A stretch of 64,000 nucleotides of DNA from Spirochaetia bacterium (GCA_965226055.1 CBDDCA010000006.1:160001-224000); one strand, 5' to 3'. Numbered from the stretch's first letter, positions 9,546 through 21,298 are shown. Numbers and translations: made by a program. Notes: generated by a model from the letters alone, not told the origin.

Positions 9546-11039
9546 ATGCTACATACAGAAGAAGCTATACAAGAAATATCCGTGTCACAGCTTACTGGCA
9601 GTAAGTACTTTACACAAAGTCAGGCGTGGGCAAAATTAAAATCCAGCACTGGATGGATGACACATGCATTTAAGCAGACAATACATCCGACCATTGATGA
9701 AAAATATCTTATTTTTATAAAACAAATTCCATATCTAGGATATTTAGCATATATCCCAGACGGACTTCTTTCTTCTTTAGAACACTTTAGTGAAACAACT
9801 CCTATTACGCAAAAACAAGATTCTTTGGACAATGTTCTTGACAATAAAGCAAAAATCAAAATACTGCAAAAACACATCACTCAAGCACTTGAAATACTCT
9901 CTCATACCCATATATTTTTACAAACAACATACGAATATAAGCTCATAAGTGTACGATGGGATGTTCCACCAATACTAGAAATAAATCGTACCTTAGCATC
10001 AATATATAAACCAGAAAAATTTTTTAGGAAAATAAAAGAAAAATTTCACACCATATACACAAAATCGTCTAAACAAGTACAGTACAGCATAGATTTACAA
10101 AATACTACCCAAGCTCCAGCAACTGTATTTATTCATCTTAATAAGAGAGATGAATACAATATCATCCAAAAGAAAACAAACAGTGATCTTTTACTTCAAT
10201 GTAAGAAAAAAACTCGTTATAACATTCGCTTAGCAGAAAAAAACAATATCGAAATTAGAACAGATGTTTCTCTCAAAGATTTTCATGCTTTACTACTCGT
10301 TACTGCAAAGCGAAATCGCATTGCAGTTCATTCACTTGACTATTTTCATGCACTCCAGCAAGCAGTACAAAAAGAAAAAACAATGGAGCTGATAGTATAT
10401 GGAGCATACTTTCATTCACAGCTTATAGCAGCTATTGTAGTCTTGTATCAGTATAATGATCTAACAAAAAAGTTACATTCAGAAAGACATTTTAAGCACT
10501 GTGTAAAAGATTATACTACTCAAAAAAACAAAGAAGAACCCGAAGACCTAGCAGAGGATGATGAAAGCAATATACACACTTCAACTCGTACTATGTATCA
10601 AGATGTATCTCTCCATGACATAGACAATATAGAACCTAGCATTCAAGAGCAGAATACACACAGTGATAAACATACAGGAAAAGTAACATACTTGTATGGA
10701 GCGTCAAGTAATCAGCACAGAGAACTTATGTCTACATATCTTTTACAATGGCATGCTATAGTTGATGCAAAACTGAAAAAATGTGATTACTATGATTTAT
10801 ACGGAATATCACGTGGAAAAAATACCCTCAAAAAATCTAGCAACAGACTGCAGGGGCTTTACAAATTTAAAACAGGTTTCACAAAAAATGTATGGATACG
10901 ACCATTTGCGGTGGATATATATGAAAAAAATCTCTCTTCTGCAGTACGTAAAAATATATTCAATACCTTGAACAAACTAAGGTTATGGTATTATCATAAC
11001 TTTAAGAAAAAATCCATCACACACAACAACAGTAGCTAG
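9546..11039 (+). CDS. FemAB/FemX family peptidoglycan aminoacyltransferase
   Basis: FTQS..WAKLK, KKKTRYNIRLAEK, YLYGAS, YDLYG, GLYKFKTGF. Confidence 0.85.
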   Translation: MLHTEEAIQEISVSQLTGSKYFTQSQAWAKLKSSTGWMTHAFKQTIHPTIDEKYLIFIKQIPYLGYLAYIPDGLLSSLEHFSETTPITQKQDSLDNVLDNKAKIKILQKHITQALEILSHTHIFLQTTYEYKLISVRWDVPPILEINRTLASIYKPEKFFRKIKEKFHTIYTKSSKQVQYSIDLQNTTQAPATVFIHLNKRDEYNIIQKKTNSDLLLQCKKKTRYNIRLAEKNNIEIRTDVSLKDFHALLLVTAKRNRIAVHSLDYFHALQQAVQKEKTMELIVYGAYFHSQLIAAIVVLYQYNDLTKKLHSERHFKHCVKDYTTQKNKEEPEDLAEDDESNIHTSTRTMYQDVSLHDIDNIEPSIQEQNTHSDKHTGKVTYLYGASSNQHRELMSTYLLQWHAIVDAKLKKCDYYDLYGISRGKNTLKKSSNRLQGLYKFKTGFTKNVWIRPFAVDIYEKNLSSAVRKNIFNTLNKLRLWYYHNFKKKSITHNNSS

Positions 11040-11053
11040 TCTACAATAGCAAC

Positions 11054-11551
11054 ATGGTTACTATTTTTATAGACGCAGATGCCTGTAAAAAACATATACG
11101 AGAATATCTTATCAAATTTATCTTAAGGAAACATAATAGCTTTATTCAACTTATGATAGTATCAAATAAAGTAATTCCTAACATACCTAAACAGACAAAT
11201 ATTCACTCTATACAAGTCTCTCAAACACCAGAAGCTACTGATACATATATCCTATCATGTGCGAAAAAAGGAGACTTAGCCATAACACGAGATATTTTGC
11301 TTGCACAAACACTCATAGAAAAAGAGGTAACAGTAATAAACGAGTTAGCCGAAATATATACGAAAGATACAATTATAGCAAGAAAACAACGTGCAACACA
11401 AAATGCTGAACATAGAACCTTCATACGAAAAGAAGAACAGCTACATTCAAAACATGCAACATTACCTCCATATGTAGAAAAAGAAAAACAAAAAAAGAAA
11501 GAGATTGCAAAATTTGCACACTACCTTAACACATGGAAACAATGCATGTAA
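11054..11551 (+). CDS. YaiI/YqxD (DUF188) family protein
   Basis: IFIDADAC, GDLAITRDILLA motifs. Confidence 0.85.
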   Translation: MVTIFIDADACKKHIREYLIKFILRKHNSFIQLMIVSNKVIPNIPKQTNIHSIQVSQTPEATDTYILSCAKKGDLAITRDILLAQTLIEKEVTVINELAEIYTKDTIIARKQRATQNAEHRTFIRKEEQLHSKHATLPPYVEKEKQKKKEIAKFAHYLNTWKQCM

Positions 11552-11609
11552 TGGTGCTTTTTATAAACACTTCCTCCTATAGAAAATGACACAATATTCC
11601 ATAAATCCC

Positions 11610-12407
11610 TTATAAATACTTCTGTAAGAAAGATACAGATATGAGCTTTCTTCCTAATAACTGAACCCATTGATGCAACAAAAAATGCACAAACTGTGAC
11701 AGCAACTGAGAATCAATGCAAGAAAACATTTCAATGGCACTGTTAGTTTCTCTGTGAGTTTCTAATGGTGGAGTCCTTAGTTGTGATACAGTTTGCAATA
11801 CAGAAACTAAAGAAGCAGAAAGAATACATTTTTCTTTATCAAAAAGAGGCACATTATTATGTAGCAAAGGAACAATTTTGCCACTATGATATAACAGCCA
11901 CCGTTGTGTATCATTACCATGCGGTTCAATAGCTATTGTCGAAACATCAGGTTGCCACCCATTATTAGAAAGACTTTGCCATAGAAAAAAAGCAAGACTT
12001 TCTTTCCAGTATGCATCATTCGAATCAATAAGATATAACAATACATCTACCAATAACTTAAACTGTGCACGATGATCTGCTCCCACCACATACCGCACTA
12101 GTTCTACACAAACACAAGCAGTATAATACAATAAAAGACTGTAACCAAGATACTCACCATTTCTATACACATCAATATCCTTAAAAGTGTAGGTATTGTT
12201 TTTCTTTTTTGTAACAAATACCTTCCCCATCGTAAATACAGAAAGAGTTCTTTTATGTAAATTACTGCTTTTACGAGCACCATACGCAGTAGCATACACC
12301 ATGCCATGTTCAGTATAAAACCCTAACTGCTGATGAATATCTGCTTTTTGTGCCATATATACAAGCACCCCTCTAAAAGAATGGTTATACTCTCCCATAC
12401 ATACCAT
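11610..12407 (-). CDS. recO: DNA repair protein RecO
   Basis: N-terminal OB-fold signature T..G.V.A.AYGARKS followed by helical region and GWQPD. Confidence 0.7.
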   Translation of the reverse strand: MVCMGEYNHSFRGVLVYMAQKADIHQQLGFYTEHGMVYATAYGARKSSNLHKRTLSVFTMGKVFVTKKKNNTYTFKDIDVYRNGEYLGYSLLLYYTACVCVELVRYVVGADHRAQFKLLVDVLLYLIDSNDAYWKESLAFFLWQSLSNNGWQPDVSTIAIEPHGNDTQRWLLYHSGKIVPLLHNNVPLFDKEKCILSASLVSVLQTVSQLRTPPLETHRETNSAIEMFSCIDSQLLSQFVHFLLHQWVQLLGRKLISVSFLQKYL

Positions 12408-12429
12408 GATATGATATACTTATGTATAT

Positions 12430-12864
12430 ATGCAAGAAATAACATCACTTATTCCTCATCGACATCCATTTCTCTTTGTTGATGAAATTTCAGAATATAA
12501 CCAAGACAAAATTATTGGTTTTAAGACATTTACTGATGATGAATTTTTTTTCCAAGGACATTTTCCTCAATACCCTATTGTACCGGGAGTACTTCTTGTA
12601 GAAGCAATGGCTCAATGTGGAGGAGCAGGAGTCAAAGCATTACAAGAAAATTCTGAAGATACATTATTTTTTCTCGCCACAGTACAATCAGCAAAGTTTC
12701 GTTCACCAGTATTACCAAACAATAAAGTGCGTTTTGAAATAGAAAATATCAAAATAGGAAAAAAAATCATTAGCCAAAAAGGAAAAATTTTTATCGATAG
12801 CAGTAATACTATTGCAGCCGAAGCACAATGGATGTGCATTGTAAGCAATAAAGACAATCTTTAG
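12430..12864 (+). CDS. fabZ: 3-hydroxyacyl-ACP dehydratase
   Basis: IPHRHPFLFVD, FFQGHFP..PIVPGVLLVEAMAQ. Confidence 0.95.
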   Translation: MQEITSLIPHRHPFLFVDEISEYNQDKIIGFKTFTDDEFFFQGHFPQYPIVPGVLLVEAMAQCGGAGVKALQENSEDTLFFLATVQSAKFRSPVLPNNKVRFEIENIKIGKKIISQKGKIFIDSSNTIAAEAQWMCIVSNKDNL

Positions 12865-12874
12865 GAGTATCCTT

Positions 12875-14803
12875 ATGTATAGCTCAATTCCACAACGAAT
12901 AAAGACAATAAGCGATGAGTTTCCGTACAATACCATATGCTACACAAAAAATACCGACAACAACTACGAAGAAGTGTCTTATTCTCATTTTATGAGTGAT
13001 GTATACCGAACTGCATACTTTTTAAGTAAACAATGTAAAGTAACAAAAGGTACTCGTGTAGGAATAATAAGCGAAAATAGAAAAGAATGGCTTGAATGTG
13101 ATATTGCCATTTTATCATTACGTGCCATTGATGTCCCTCGTGGCACTGATACGAGTATTGCTGATATTTCATTTATACTTGAACATACCGAAGTAAAAGG
13201 AGTTATTTTTGAAAAGTACAGCTCATACCAAGCATTACTCAAATACAATGCTCCCCTTTGTAAAACATTTTCTTTTGTTATTTTTCTTGACACTCCTCCT
13301 CAAAAATTCTATAGGCAGATTAACGCAGTAAAAACAACAACAAGCATAACAAAAGATAACTGCTCTTTTTATACCTACCAAGACATAGAAAAAATAAAAC
13401 TAAGCGTAAAAGAAAGTGATAGTATAGAAAAAAAAATAGCATCAGTTGAATTAGATGATACTGCCACCATCATCTATACATCAGGAACAACACAAAACCC
13501 AAAAGGAGTATGCCTTAGTCATCGCAATTTTTTATTTCAAATCGATAGAATTTGTCCAAAAGTACTTTCAATAGAATTTACCACACGACTCCTCACAATA
13601 TTACCAATTTGGCATGTGTTTGAAAGAGCCGTAAACTACATCATCACGTGTAGAGGAGGAGCACTTGCATACTCTAAACCAATAGGAACAATTTTATTAG
13701 AAGATATCAAAAAAATAAACCCTACTCACCTTACCTCTGTTCCTAGAATATGGGAAAGCATTTATAATTCAATACAAAAAAAAGTAAAAAATAGCTCTTT
13801 TATCAAGAGAGCTATTTTTTCTCTTGCTTCCATTATTGGACACGCATTCAATTATGCTCAACACTTAAAAAATAATACTATTCCAACATTTAAGCAACGA
13901 TCCTTCTTTCTTGACACTTTCATAGGAACTCCACTCTTCTTATTACTATATCTCCCTCATGCACTCTTTGATCTGCTTGCTTTCAAGAAGATTCGCACTC
14001 TATTAGGAAAGCATTTTGTAGCTGGAATATCAGGAGGAGGAACACTTGCTCCTAAAATAGATCATTTTTTTCAAGCTGCAGGCATAAAAGTACTCAATGG
14101 ATACGGACTTACAGAAACCTCTCCTGTCATTGCAGTACGCAATGAGTATACACCCGAAATGTCTGGTGTAGGAAAATTTCTACAAGATATTCTCTATAAA
14201 GTAGTAGATAGCAATGGCAACATTGTGCCAGTAGGAGAAAAAGGCACTCTCTACATTAAAAGCGAACAAGTAATGCAAGGATATTATAAAAATAAACAGG
14301 CAAGTTCCGAAGTACTCAGTGACGATAGATGGTTTAACACTGGAGATTTAGTTCGTGTTTCAGAAGAAGGAGACCTTGATATTATAGGACGAATGAAAGA
14401 CACCATCGTATTAGCAAATGGAAAAAACATCGAGCCAGAACACATAGAAAATCTTTTATGTCAATCTCACTATATCGATTCAGCTATGGTAATTGGACAA
14501 GATCAAAAAACGCTATCTGCCCTTATCGCTCCAAACCATCACCATATACTTGAATATGCAAAAAGCATACAAAAATCAGAACTAACGGTAAAACAATTAT
14601 GTAATGAACAAGCAATTACCCATCTTATTCGTAAAGAATTACATAATCAATCTACACATCTCTCACAATTTGAAAAAATTGGAGATTTTATTTTAATTTC
14701 AACCCCTTTTGAAATAGGAAAAGAATTAACTCAAACGCTAAAACTAAAACGATTCTATATTCAAAATATATATAAAAAAGAAATTGCTTCTATAACGAAA
14801 TAG
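12875..14803 (+). CDS. long-chain fatty acid-CoA ligase (AMP-binding)
   Basis: IIYTSGTTQNPKGV, GYGLTET, WFNTGD, GR.KD. Confidence 0.92.
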   Translation: MYSSIPQRIKTISDEFPYNTICYTKNTDNNYEEVSYSHFMSDVYRTAYFLSKQCKVTKGTRVGIISENRKEWLECDIAILSLRAIDVPRGTDTSIADISFILEHTEVKGVIFEKYSSYQALLKYNAPLCKTFSFVIFLDTPPQKFYRQINAVKTTTSITKDNCSFYTYQDIEKIKLSVKESDSIEKKIASVELDDTATIIYTSGTTQNPKGVCLSHRNFLFQIDRICPKVLSIEFTTRLLTILPIWHVFERAVNYIITCRGGALAYSKPIGTILLEDIKKINPTHLTSVPRIWESIYNSIQKKVKNSSFIKRAIFSLASIIGHAFNYAQHLKNNTIPTFKQRSFFLDTFIGTPLFLLLYLPHALFDLLAFKKIRTLLGKHFVAGISGGGTLAPKIDHFFQAAGIKVLNGYGLTETSPVIAVRNEYTPEMSGVGKFLQDILYKVVDSNGNIVPVGEKGTLYIKSEQVMQGYYKNKQASSEVLSDDRWFNTGDLVRVSEEGDLDIIGRMKDTIVLANGKNIEPEHIENLLCQSHYIDSAMVIGQDQKTLSALIAPNHHHILEYAKSIQKSELTVKQLCNEQAITHLIRKELHNQSTHLSQFEKIGDFILISTPFEIGKELTQTLKLKRFYIQNIYKKEIASITK

Positions 14804-14843
14804 CCCCAGCACCATAGTAGATACAATCATATACTCGTGCTTT

Positions 14844-15839
14844 CTAGCTTCCTTTTCCATACACTACATACGCATCATCAAAACCATTTTTTCTCCAACG
14901 TAGCAACTCAACTCCTACTTCCGATGAAGAAAAAGGACCAACAAGTACTCTATAGTATTTTGAATGAACTGCTTTATACACTTGTAATCTTTCTCTCATA
15001 TTTGCCGCAGCAATGATTTGATTGTTTACAAATATATCCGTTGAAGGTAATTTATTATAGCTGATAATTTGAATGTACATTCCTGTACTCAATACAGAGA
15101 TAAGGCTCATTTCTCCTTTTATCTCCCTGTTAACATCAGTAGGCTGAGAAGCAATATATGTTTGAGAAGGATTTTCTACGATAACATCTTTTTTCGGACT
15201 TTCTCCTTCAAACTCACTCGGTTGCACAGACACAATATCTCCATAAGGAGCCTCACTTACCACTCCACTAGGAGTATCAAGAGGGACATATTGAGGAGTA
15301 ATTTTTTCAACTAAAAAAGTATTCTCTGGTTCTGTTACAGGAACATTTGGTTTTTCATATGTATATATTGCACTAGGATCACTTTCCAATATACCAGCAT
15401 CCTTTGGAACATCCATATCCTCTGCATTTTCTGGCATCACAGAAAATGTTGCTCTATCAGGACTATCAGAAGGATACTGAGCTGGTGCTACATCCTGACC
15501 ATCATTGCGAGAAAGTGTATGTGCATCAGGAGGAGATACAATACCTATAGGCTCCTTGTCTAATAGAAACTCATCTACTTTTGGACTCATAGGAGGAATA
15601 TCAATATCAGAACTAGGAGGAGTAGCATGTAGATCTAAACTTGGTATAGGATCATTAGTCTGCCCTTCTGGTATATAAATATACTCATCTTGAGGAATAA
15701 TATCTGGTAAAGAACGCTGACCAGGAGTAAGCTGAAAATTTGACTTTACATTTGTTTGTGATGAAATAGGAACAACAACCATCATAAAAAATAAGAGATA
15801 ACAGAATAAAAAATAGCTATTATTATTTTTTGCACTCAT
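14844..15839 (-). CDS. SPOR-domain protein
   Basis: signal peptide, Pro/acidic linker, C-terminal YIQI..Y...YRVLVGPF...GF.DAYV. Confidence 0.75.
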   Translation of the reverse strand: MSAKNNNSYFLFCYLLFFMMVVVPISSQTNVKSNFQLTPGQRSLPDIIPQDEYIYIPEGQTNDPIPSLDLHATPPSSDIDIPPMSPKVDEFLLDKEPIGIVSPPDAHTLSRNDGQDVAPAQYPSDSPDRATFSVMPENAEDMDVPKDAGILESDPSAIYTYEKPNVPVTEPENTFLVEKITPQYVPLDTPSGVVSEAPYGDIVSVQPSEFEGESPKKDVIVENPSQTYIASQPTDVNREIKGEMSLISVLSTGMYIQIISYNKLPSTDIFVNNQIIAAANMRERLQVYKAVHSKYYRVLVGPFSSSEVGVELLRWRKNGFDDAYVVYGKGS

Positions 15840-16008
15840 CTTCTATTACAATCGACATAATTATAGAGTAATTAAAGTCTAATTTTTTTAATATCAATAT
15901 AACATATTATACACTATTAAAGAGTAAAGGAAAAACAATACATAAAACACTATAATAAGAAAAGATAATTGATAAATTACATAATCAGAAAATTACACAA
16001 ACTACAAC

Positions 16009-17541
16009 ATGAAACATCATTACTACTTTATTGGAAATACCCCAAGCACTCATTCTCTTATCACAGCATTACTATCAAAAAATAATGATACTAAACATGT
16101 ACCTATCCATATTCTTAGTACAGTACATAATGATAATCAAAACAATACCAATCATAGCATCCATAATAAACAACAATGCTCTATAATAACAGCCCCTTTT
16201 ACTACACAAACATTACAACAATCCATTGATACAGTAAACAAAGAGTATACTCATACCACACAAATACATATTATTATTACATGCTCTTCTCTTTCCTTAA
16301 AAGAATTACAATATATCTACTCCTTATCGTTAAAGTACACCCATTGTGTAGTCTCTATGTTACCTCACATGTTTTCAAAAATAGAACATATCACCTTTGC
16401 ACACCTCAAAAAACTTTCTTTAGAAGATACATTATTCAATGCCTCTCCAATACAATTAGATCCCATACATCTTTCCTATTTTAATACAAAACGAGTACTT
16501 ATCACAGGAGCAGGAGGAACCTTTGGATCAGAAATAGCCATTCAATTACTCCATACAGATATATCAGAACTATACCTATTAGGACATGGAGAATATTCCG
16601 TTTATAAAACATATAGAAAATTAACCCACCTTCAATCTCTTGGAATTGGCACACATATACAATGCATCCCCCTATTATGTGAACTACAAGACAAAGATAT
16701 GATTGAACATACTATGAATACAATACAACCACATATTGTATTCCACACGGCAGCCCATAAACATGTAGATCTCATTGAACAGAATCCTATCATTGGTATT
16801 AGCTCTAATATTTTTGTAACTCAATTTACTATAAATGCTGCAAAAAAAGCAGGAGTAGCATACTTTGTATACATTTCCACCGATAAATCAGTTGATCCTG
16901 CCTCTGTATATGGTGCAAGCAAGCTCGTTGGAGAAGAGATAGTATATACTTCATATACTCCCCAAGATCATTCCCCTATGCATACAGTCGTTGTTCGTTC
17001 AGGTAACATACTAGGATCAAGAGGAAGTATCTTACCTCTCTTTCATCAGCAAATAAAAGACAATAGTCCAATAACGGTAACCTCTAAAGCGTGTAAACGA
17101 TTTTTTATCCACTGTAATGAACTCATAAGTACATTACTCCACTATATTCAACAATACCATACACACAAAAAAGCAATCATTGCTATATATAAAGATCCTG
17201 AAACTTCAATATATGATGTAGCAACAAGTATACATAGCATATACAATGCTATACTCCCCAACCAGCCAGCAATAAAGATAATAGGATTACGCAAAGGAGA
17301 AAAGATCACCGAAACATTTACATTTCCTCAAGAAACAAGCCTTGCTTTAGAACTCCCTAATACATATACTATAACAAGAGACAATACTTTTTCTCCTATC
17401 AATAATATCGCAACATTATGCAACACACTCTATAGCATATGCTACAAGGACCCAACACAGGCTACCTTATATTACGATCATACAAAAGCCATCTCATTAC
17501 TAAAAAAACATATACCATCATTTTGCCCTTATTCCTATTAG
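16009..17541 (+). CDS. CapD/PglF-like nucleotide-sugar dehydratase (polysaccharide biosynthesis protein)
   Basis: ITGAGGTFGSE, HTAAHKHV, STDKSV.P.SVYGASK, GNILGSRGS, GLRKGEK. Confidence 0.85.
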   Translation: MKHHYYFIGNTPSTHSLITALLSKNNDTKHVPIHILSTVHNDNQNNTNHSIHNKQQCSIITAPFTTQTLQQSIDTVNKEYTHTTQIHIIITCSSLSLKELQYIYSLSLKYTHCVVSMLPHMFSKIEHITFAHLKKLSLEDTLFNASPIQLDPIHLSYFNTKRVLITGAGGTFGSEIAIQLLHTDISELYLLGHGEYSVYKTYRKLTHLQSLGIGTHIQCIPLLCELQDKDMIEHTMNTIQPHIVFHTAAHKHVDLIEQNPIIGISSNIFVTQFTINAAKKAGVAYFVYISTDKSVDPASVYGASKLVGEEIVYTSYTPQDHSPMHTVVVRSGNILGSRGSILPLFHQQIKDNSPITVTSKACKRFFIHCNELISTLLHYIQQYHTHKKAIIAIYKDPETSIYDVATSIHSIYNAILPNQPAIKIIGLRKGEKITETFTFPQETSLALELPNTYTITRDNTFSPINNIATLCNTLYSICYKDPTQATLYYDHTKAISLLKKHIPSFCPYSY

Positions 17542-17560
17542 AACAAATACCCTATTATTA

Positions 17561-18229
17561 TTACTCTCCATCAATATAGTACACCATATTTTTATCATAT
17601 ATATCTTCTTCATCATGGCTTACTAACAATGCAGGTATACCACTATCTTGTATATTTTTCCATACCCAATCACGCATAGTTTTTCGTAAAGAAGTATCAA
17701 GTTTAGCAAAAGGCTCATCCAATAACAAAAATTTAGGAGCAGAAAGCATTGTGCGTATAAGTGCTAGTCGCGACTGTTGTCCACCCGACAGAGTATGCGG
17801 GTACATACCAGCTACATACTGTTCAAGCTGTGCTTTTTCAAGCATATTGTGTACAAAACCTTTCCTTTCATGTTTTGGCAGTGGCTGAGACAAAGCAAAC
17901 AATAAGTTTTGGGCAACAGTCATATGAGGAAAAAGCAATCCTTCTTGTGATAGTAACCCTATTCTTCGTTCATGTATTGGCTTTACATCAATACGCTCAC
18001 CATCAATACGCACTTCACCACTTGTATCAAACACCGAAGTATCAATAATCCCTGTGATAAAATTGAGTAATGTACTTTTTCCTGAACCACTGCTTCCCAT
18101 GATAGTAAGCACTGAACCACCGTATAAATGATACTGCAAATTATGAACAAGCACTCTACGAATTTCATGCTTTTTGGGATATTTTACTATTTGCCTATGT
18201 ACAATATGTATATTGTTTAGCTCAACCAT
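17561..18229 (-). CDS. ynjD: ABC transporter ATP-binding protein (YnjD-like)
   Basis: Walker A GSSGSGKS, LSGGQ, LLLDEPF; operon with ynjBC-like genes. Confidence 0.8.
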   Translation of the reverse strand: MVELNNIHIVHRQIVKYPKKHEIRRVLVHNLQYHLYGGSVLTIMGSSGSGKSTLLNFITGIIDTSVFDTSGEVRIDGERIDVKPIHERRIGLLSQEGLLFPHMTVAQNLLFALSQPLPKHERKGFVHNMLEKAQLEQYVAGMYPHTLSGGQQSRLALIRTMLSAPKFLLLDEPFAKLDTSLRKTMRDWVWKNIQDSGIPALLVSHDEEDIYDKNMVYYIDGE

Positions 18230-18264
18230 ATTACTTTTTCATATATGCTATCATATCTCTATAC

Positions 18265-19989
18265 TTACAAAGATACCTTACGCATTCCTTTTTGTAAATG
18301 AGAGGTATAATGCCCTACTAATAAAATCGTTCCATTCAATACCATCAATAAAATCCCTAGTATACTAATTACTTGCCTGTTTGCCCCCGAATATAAAGCA
18401 ACAATCAACTGAGTAATAGTTTCCCATCTTCCTTCTCCAATAAACTGTGTAGTAACATATTCAGCAATACTCACTAACATACCAATAAGCATAGCATGAC
18501 TTATCGGAGTAATGATCATAGGCAACTTTATTCTAAAAAATGCAAGCCAATACTTTTTACCAAGGACACGTGCTTGTATCATATAATAATTATTATATGT
18601 CTTAAAAGTACCATATAATAAAAATACTATATAAGGAACAATACGCAAAGTATGTCCCCACAGTAACGCAAAGTAGCTTCCATTTATATTGATATACAGA
18701 AAAAAAATATGCATGCCAGTAATATACACAATAGTAGGCATAAGGAGCGGAAACATAATAAGCGTTAAAATAGGAAACTGAAAACGCCAACGAAGATAAT
18801 TCAACAATTCTAGAAGTATCACTGCAAAAATAGTAGACAATACAGTACTATAAAATGCTAAACATACAGTACTGACAACTGAGTTAAAAAAACGGAAAAA
18901 GAAAGAAAATTGTCTATCAATACCAAAAACATTGGGTATTATCAAAGGAAAATCCCACCGAATGATCCAACACCATAAAAACAGCAATGCAGTAGAAAAA
19001 ACAATAACACAAGAAAATACCATAAACGCAGATACAGACAAGTAGTTTGCCACTGTATCATGTACTACTACCTTACTTGCATTGACATAATTTTTGTGTA
19101 ACATAAAATGAAATACCTTAAACAGTGCATACCATATCACAAGACTTATAAAAGAAACAAAGCATAACCCTACGCAAAGAATGTTTGCAGTAATATATTT
19201 TTTTTGAGAATACTGAGACAACAACTCTTGAATAATCACTCCATATGAAGACGGATTTTTAGGACCAAGAATCATTGATATATCAACTGGCGCAAGAGCA
19301 TAAGAAACAGAAATAAGCGTTGGAACAAATAATTTAGGCAAAATCTGTGGAATGATAACAAACACCCAAGTACGCAACTTATTATGTCGTAACAGCTTTG
19401 ATTGCAGTACATGATGTTGTAAATTGTATTCTTGTAACACAGCAACTAAAATAAACAAAAGAAACGTAATCAATTTAATAATTACTACAATAGACATACT
19501 TATACCATAAGAATCGTATACCGTTGTAATAGATCCAACAACACTCTCTCCCTTGAAAAAAGCAAGTATCCTAAATATAATCCCAGAAGGCATAATTAAA
19601 AATGCAAACCCAGTAGCTAACGACACGTGAGGAATAGACAAAAAATACATAATCCACTGTATGAAAGCATTATTATAGTTACTACTCAGCAAGTACCCAA
19701 ACAAAAATATAAAGAACAAAGTAATAAGCACAATACACTGTGCTCGTATAAATGTTTTTATGAGCTGAAAAAAATATATAGGATCAAACAATACTTCAAA
19801 AAAAGACACTGTTTGTTCAGAAGCTGTCCATATTGGAGTAATACCCATTGAAGTAAGAAGAGAAAATACCATTCCTAACAAAAAAGGAAATATAAAAATA
19901 ATAACAAGAACAAAAAGTAATATAATACTCCTCAGTTTTTTATTATTCTCTACTTCCTTCTTCATGGGACGTAAAAACAAAAGTGCCAT
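18265..19989 (-). CDS. ynjC: ABC transporter permease, duplicated domain (YnjC-like)
   Basis: about 12 TMs, PH...A.G.AFL..PSG motif. Confidence 0.75.
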   Translation of the reverse strand: MALLFLRPMKKEVENNKKLRSIILLFVLVIIFIFPFLLGMVFSLLTSMGITPIWTASEQTVSFFEVLFDPIYFFQLIKTFIRAQCIVLITLFFIFLFGYLLSSNYNNAFIQWIMYFLSIPHVSLATGFAFLIMPSGIIFRILAFFKGESVVGSITTVYDSYGISMSIVVIIKLITFLLFILVAVLQEYNLQHHVLQSKLLRHNKLRTWVFVIIPQILPKLFVPTLISVSYALAPVDISMILGPKNPSSYGVIIQELLSQYSQKKYITANILCVGLCFVSFISLVIWYALFKVFHFMLHKNYVNASKVVVHDTVANYLSVSAFMVFSCVIVFSTALLFLWCWIIRWDFPLIIPNVFGIDRQFSFFFRFFNSVVSTVCLAFYSTVLSTIFAVILLELLNYLRWRFQFPILTLIMFPLLMPTIVYITGMHIFFLYININGSYFALLWGHTLRIVPYIVFLLYGTFKTYNNYYMIQARVLGKKYWLAFFRIKLPMIITPISHAMLIGMLVSIAEYVTTQFIGEGRWETITQLIVALYSGANRQVISILGILLMVLNGTILLVGHYTSHLQKGMRKVSL

Positions 19990-20014
19990 ACCTTATACTA
20001 TACAGTGTAATACA

Positions 20015-21298
20015 TTACTTGAGATACCGATTTTTCCAAAATTCCTGTATAGGTTCTTCCCACGTACTATGAAACTCTCTAATAGTTGTTTTTCCTATAT
20101 CTTTTGGAGGGCCTGCAGGGTGTGTACTAGAATCATTTCTAAATACATATTCATCCTCTCTCTCTAAAACATCCCTATCTAACACAGTAGGATCTCCCCA
20201 GTACTGAGGATCAGCCTTACGAGCTTGTGCTTCAGGAGAAATAAGAAAATTTATGACAACAAGTGCTGCTGGCTTAGAGGTAGCATTGAAAGGCACTGTC
20301 AAGAAATGAGCGTTTGCTATCGTCCCTTCATCCAATAAAAACATCCTTACATCATCAGAAAATTCTTTACTAAGCACTTTACTTACCGCATCATAAGGAT
20401 TAAATGTAAGCCCATACTGTATTTCTGAATCCTTAAAAAGCGTTATCATTTCTGAATAACTATTTGGAAACGATGTTCCTTGTTTCCATAGATACGGATG
20501 TATAGTATCAAGAAACAACCATACCCCATTATTAGCAATAAAGTGTTGCTGTTCACTACTAGCAGTATACGGACTGTACAGCATGGCCATGCCTTGTTTA
20601 TCAGCAAAAAGATACATCATGTTTTTGAGAAATGTATTTCCTGTAAAATCAAGATATGGGACAGGATACGTAAACATTCCAGGATGTTTCTTTACCTCTT
20701 CTTGTAACTGAAACAGATTATAAAACGCACTTGTTTTGCTTGAACGATGAAAAAAACTTAATTGAGCCGTCCCCCACGGAACCTCTAAGCCATCAGTTTT
20801 TATAGTAAAATCTTCGTACAATACAGGATTATTCTCATCCAAATACTTTTTGTTAGGAAGAATATCTAAAATATTCCCTAAAAACATATCCTCATTTTTC
20901 ATAACATTAAACGCTTCTCCATTAAGCCACACAATATCAATACTTCCCGTATCATAATTACCAGCAGCTTTTTCCTGATGCAAACGCCTTATTGTCTCCA
21001 TAGTATCTTGTACAAGCACGTGGACAAGATTGATATTATAGATTTGCTTAACTTGCTTTCTTACCCACTGTATATACTGATTTATTTGATTAGATCCCCC
21101 CCATGCATTAAAATACACCGTCTTCCCTTTAGAAAACTCCTCTATTGTTTGCCAATCTACAGAAAACACATCAACACTTGCCTTTTCTTTCGCAGCACAA
21201 GAGAGAAACAATACAGCATATAATACAATACATACACTCATACATATTGAAAAACAGAGAGCTGTCTTACTTTTTTGAAACCTATATGTAGTACTCAT
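20015..21298 (-). CDS. ynjB: ABC transporter substrate-binding lipoprotein (YnjB-like)
   Basis: lipobox FLSC, VYFNAWGG, DIVWLNGE, PWG.AQL, GTIAN.HFL. Confidence 0.8.
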   Translation of the reverse strand: MSTTYRFQKSKTALCFSICMSVCIVLYAVLFLSCAAKEKASVDVFSVDWQTIEEFSKGKTVYFNAWGGSNQINQYIQWVRKQVKQIYNINLVHVLVQDTMETIRRLHQEKAAGNYDTGSIDIVWLNGEAFNVMKNEDMFLGNILDILPNKKYLDENNPVLYEDFTIKTDGLEVPWGTAQLSFFHRSSKTSAFYNLFQLQEEVKKHPGMFTYPVPYLDFTGNTFLKNMMYLFADKQGMAMLYSPYTASSEQQHFIANNGVWLFLDTIHPYLWKQGTSFPNSYSEMITLFKDSEIQYGLTFNPYDAVSKVLSKEFSDDVRMFLLDEGTIANAHFLTVPFNATSKPAALVVINFLISPEAQARKADPQYWGDPTVLDRDVLEREDEYVFRNDSSTHPAGPPKDIGKTTIREFHSTWEEPIQEFWKNRYLK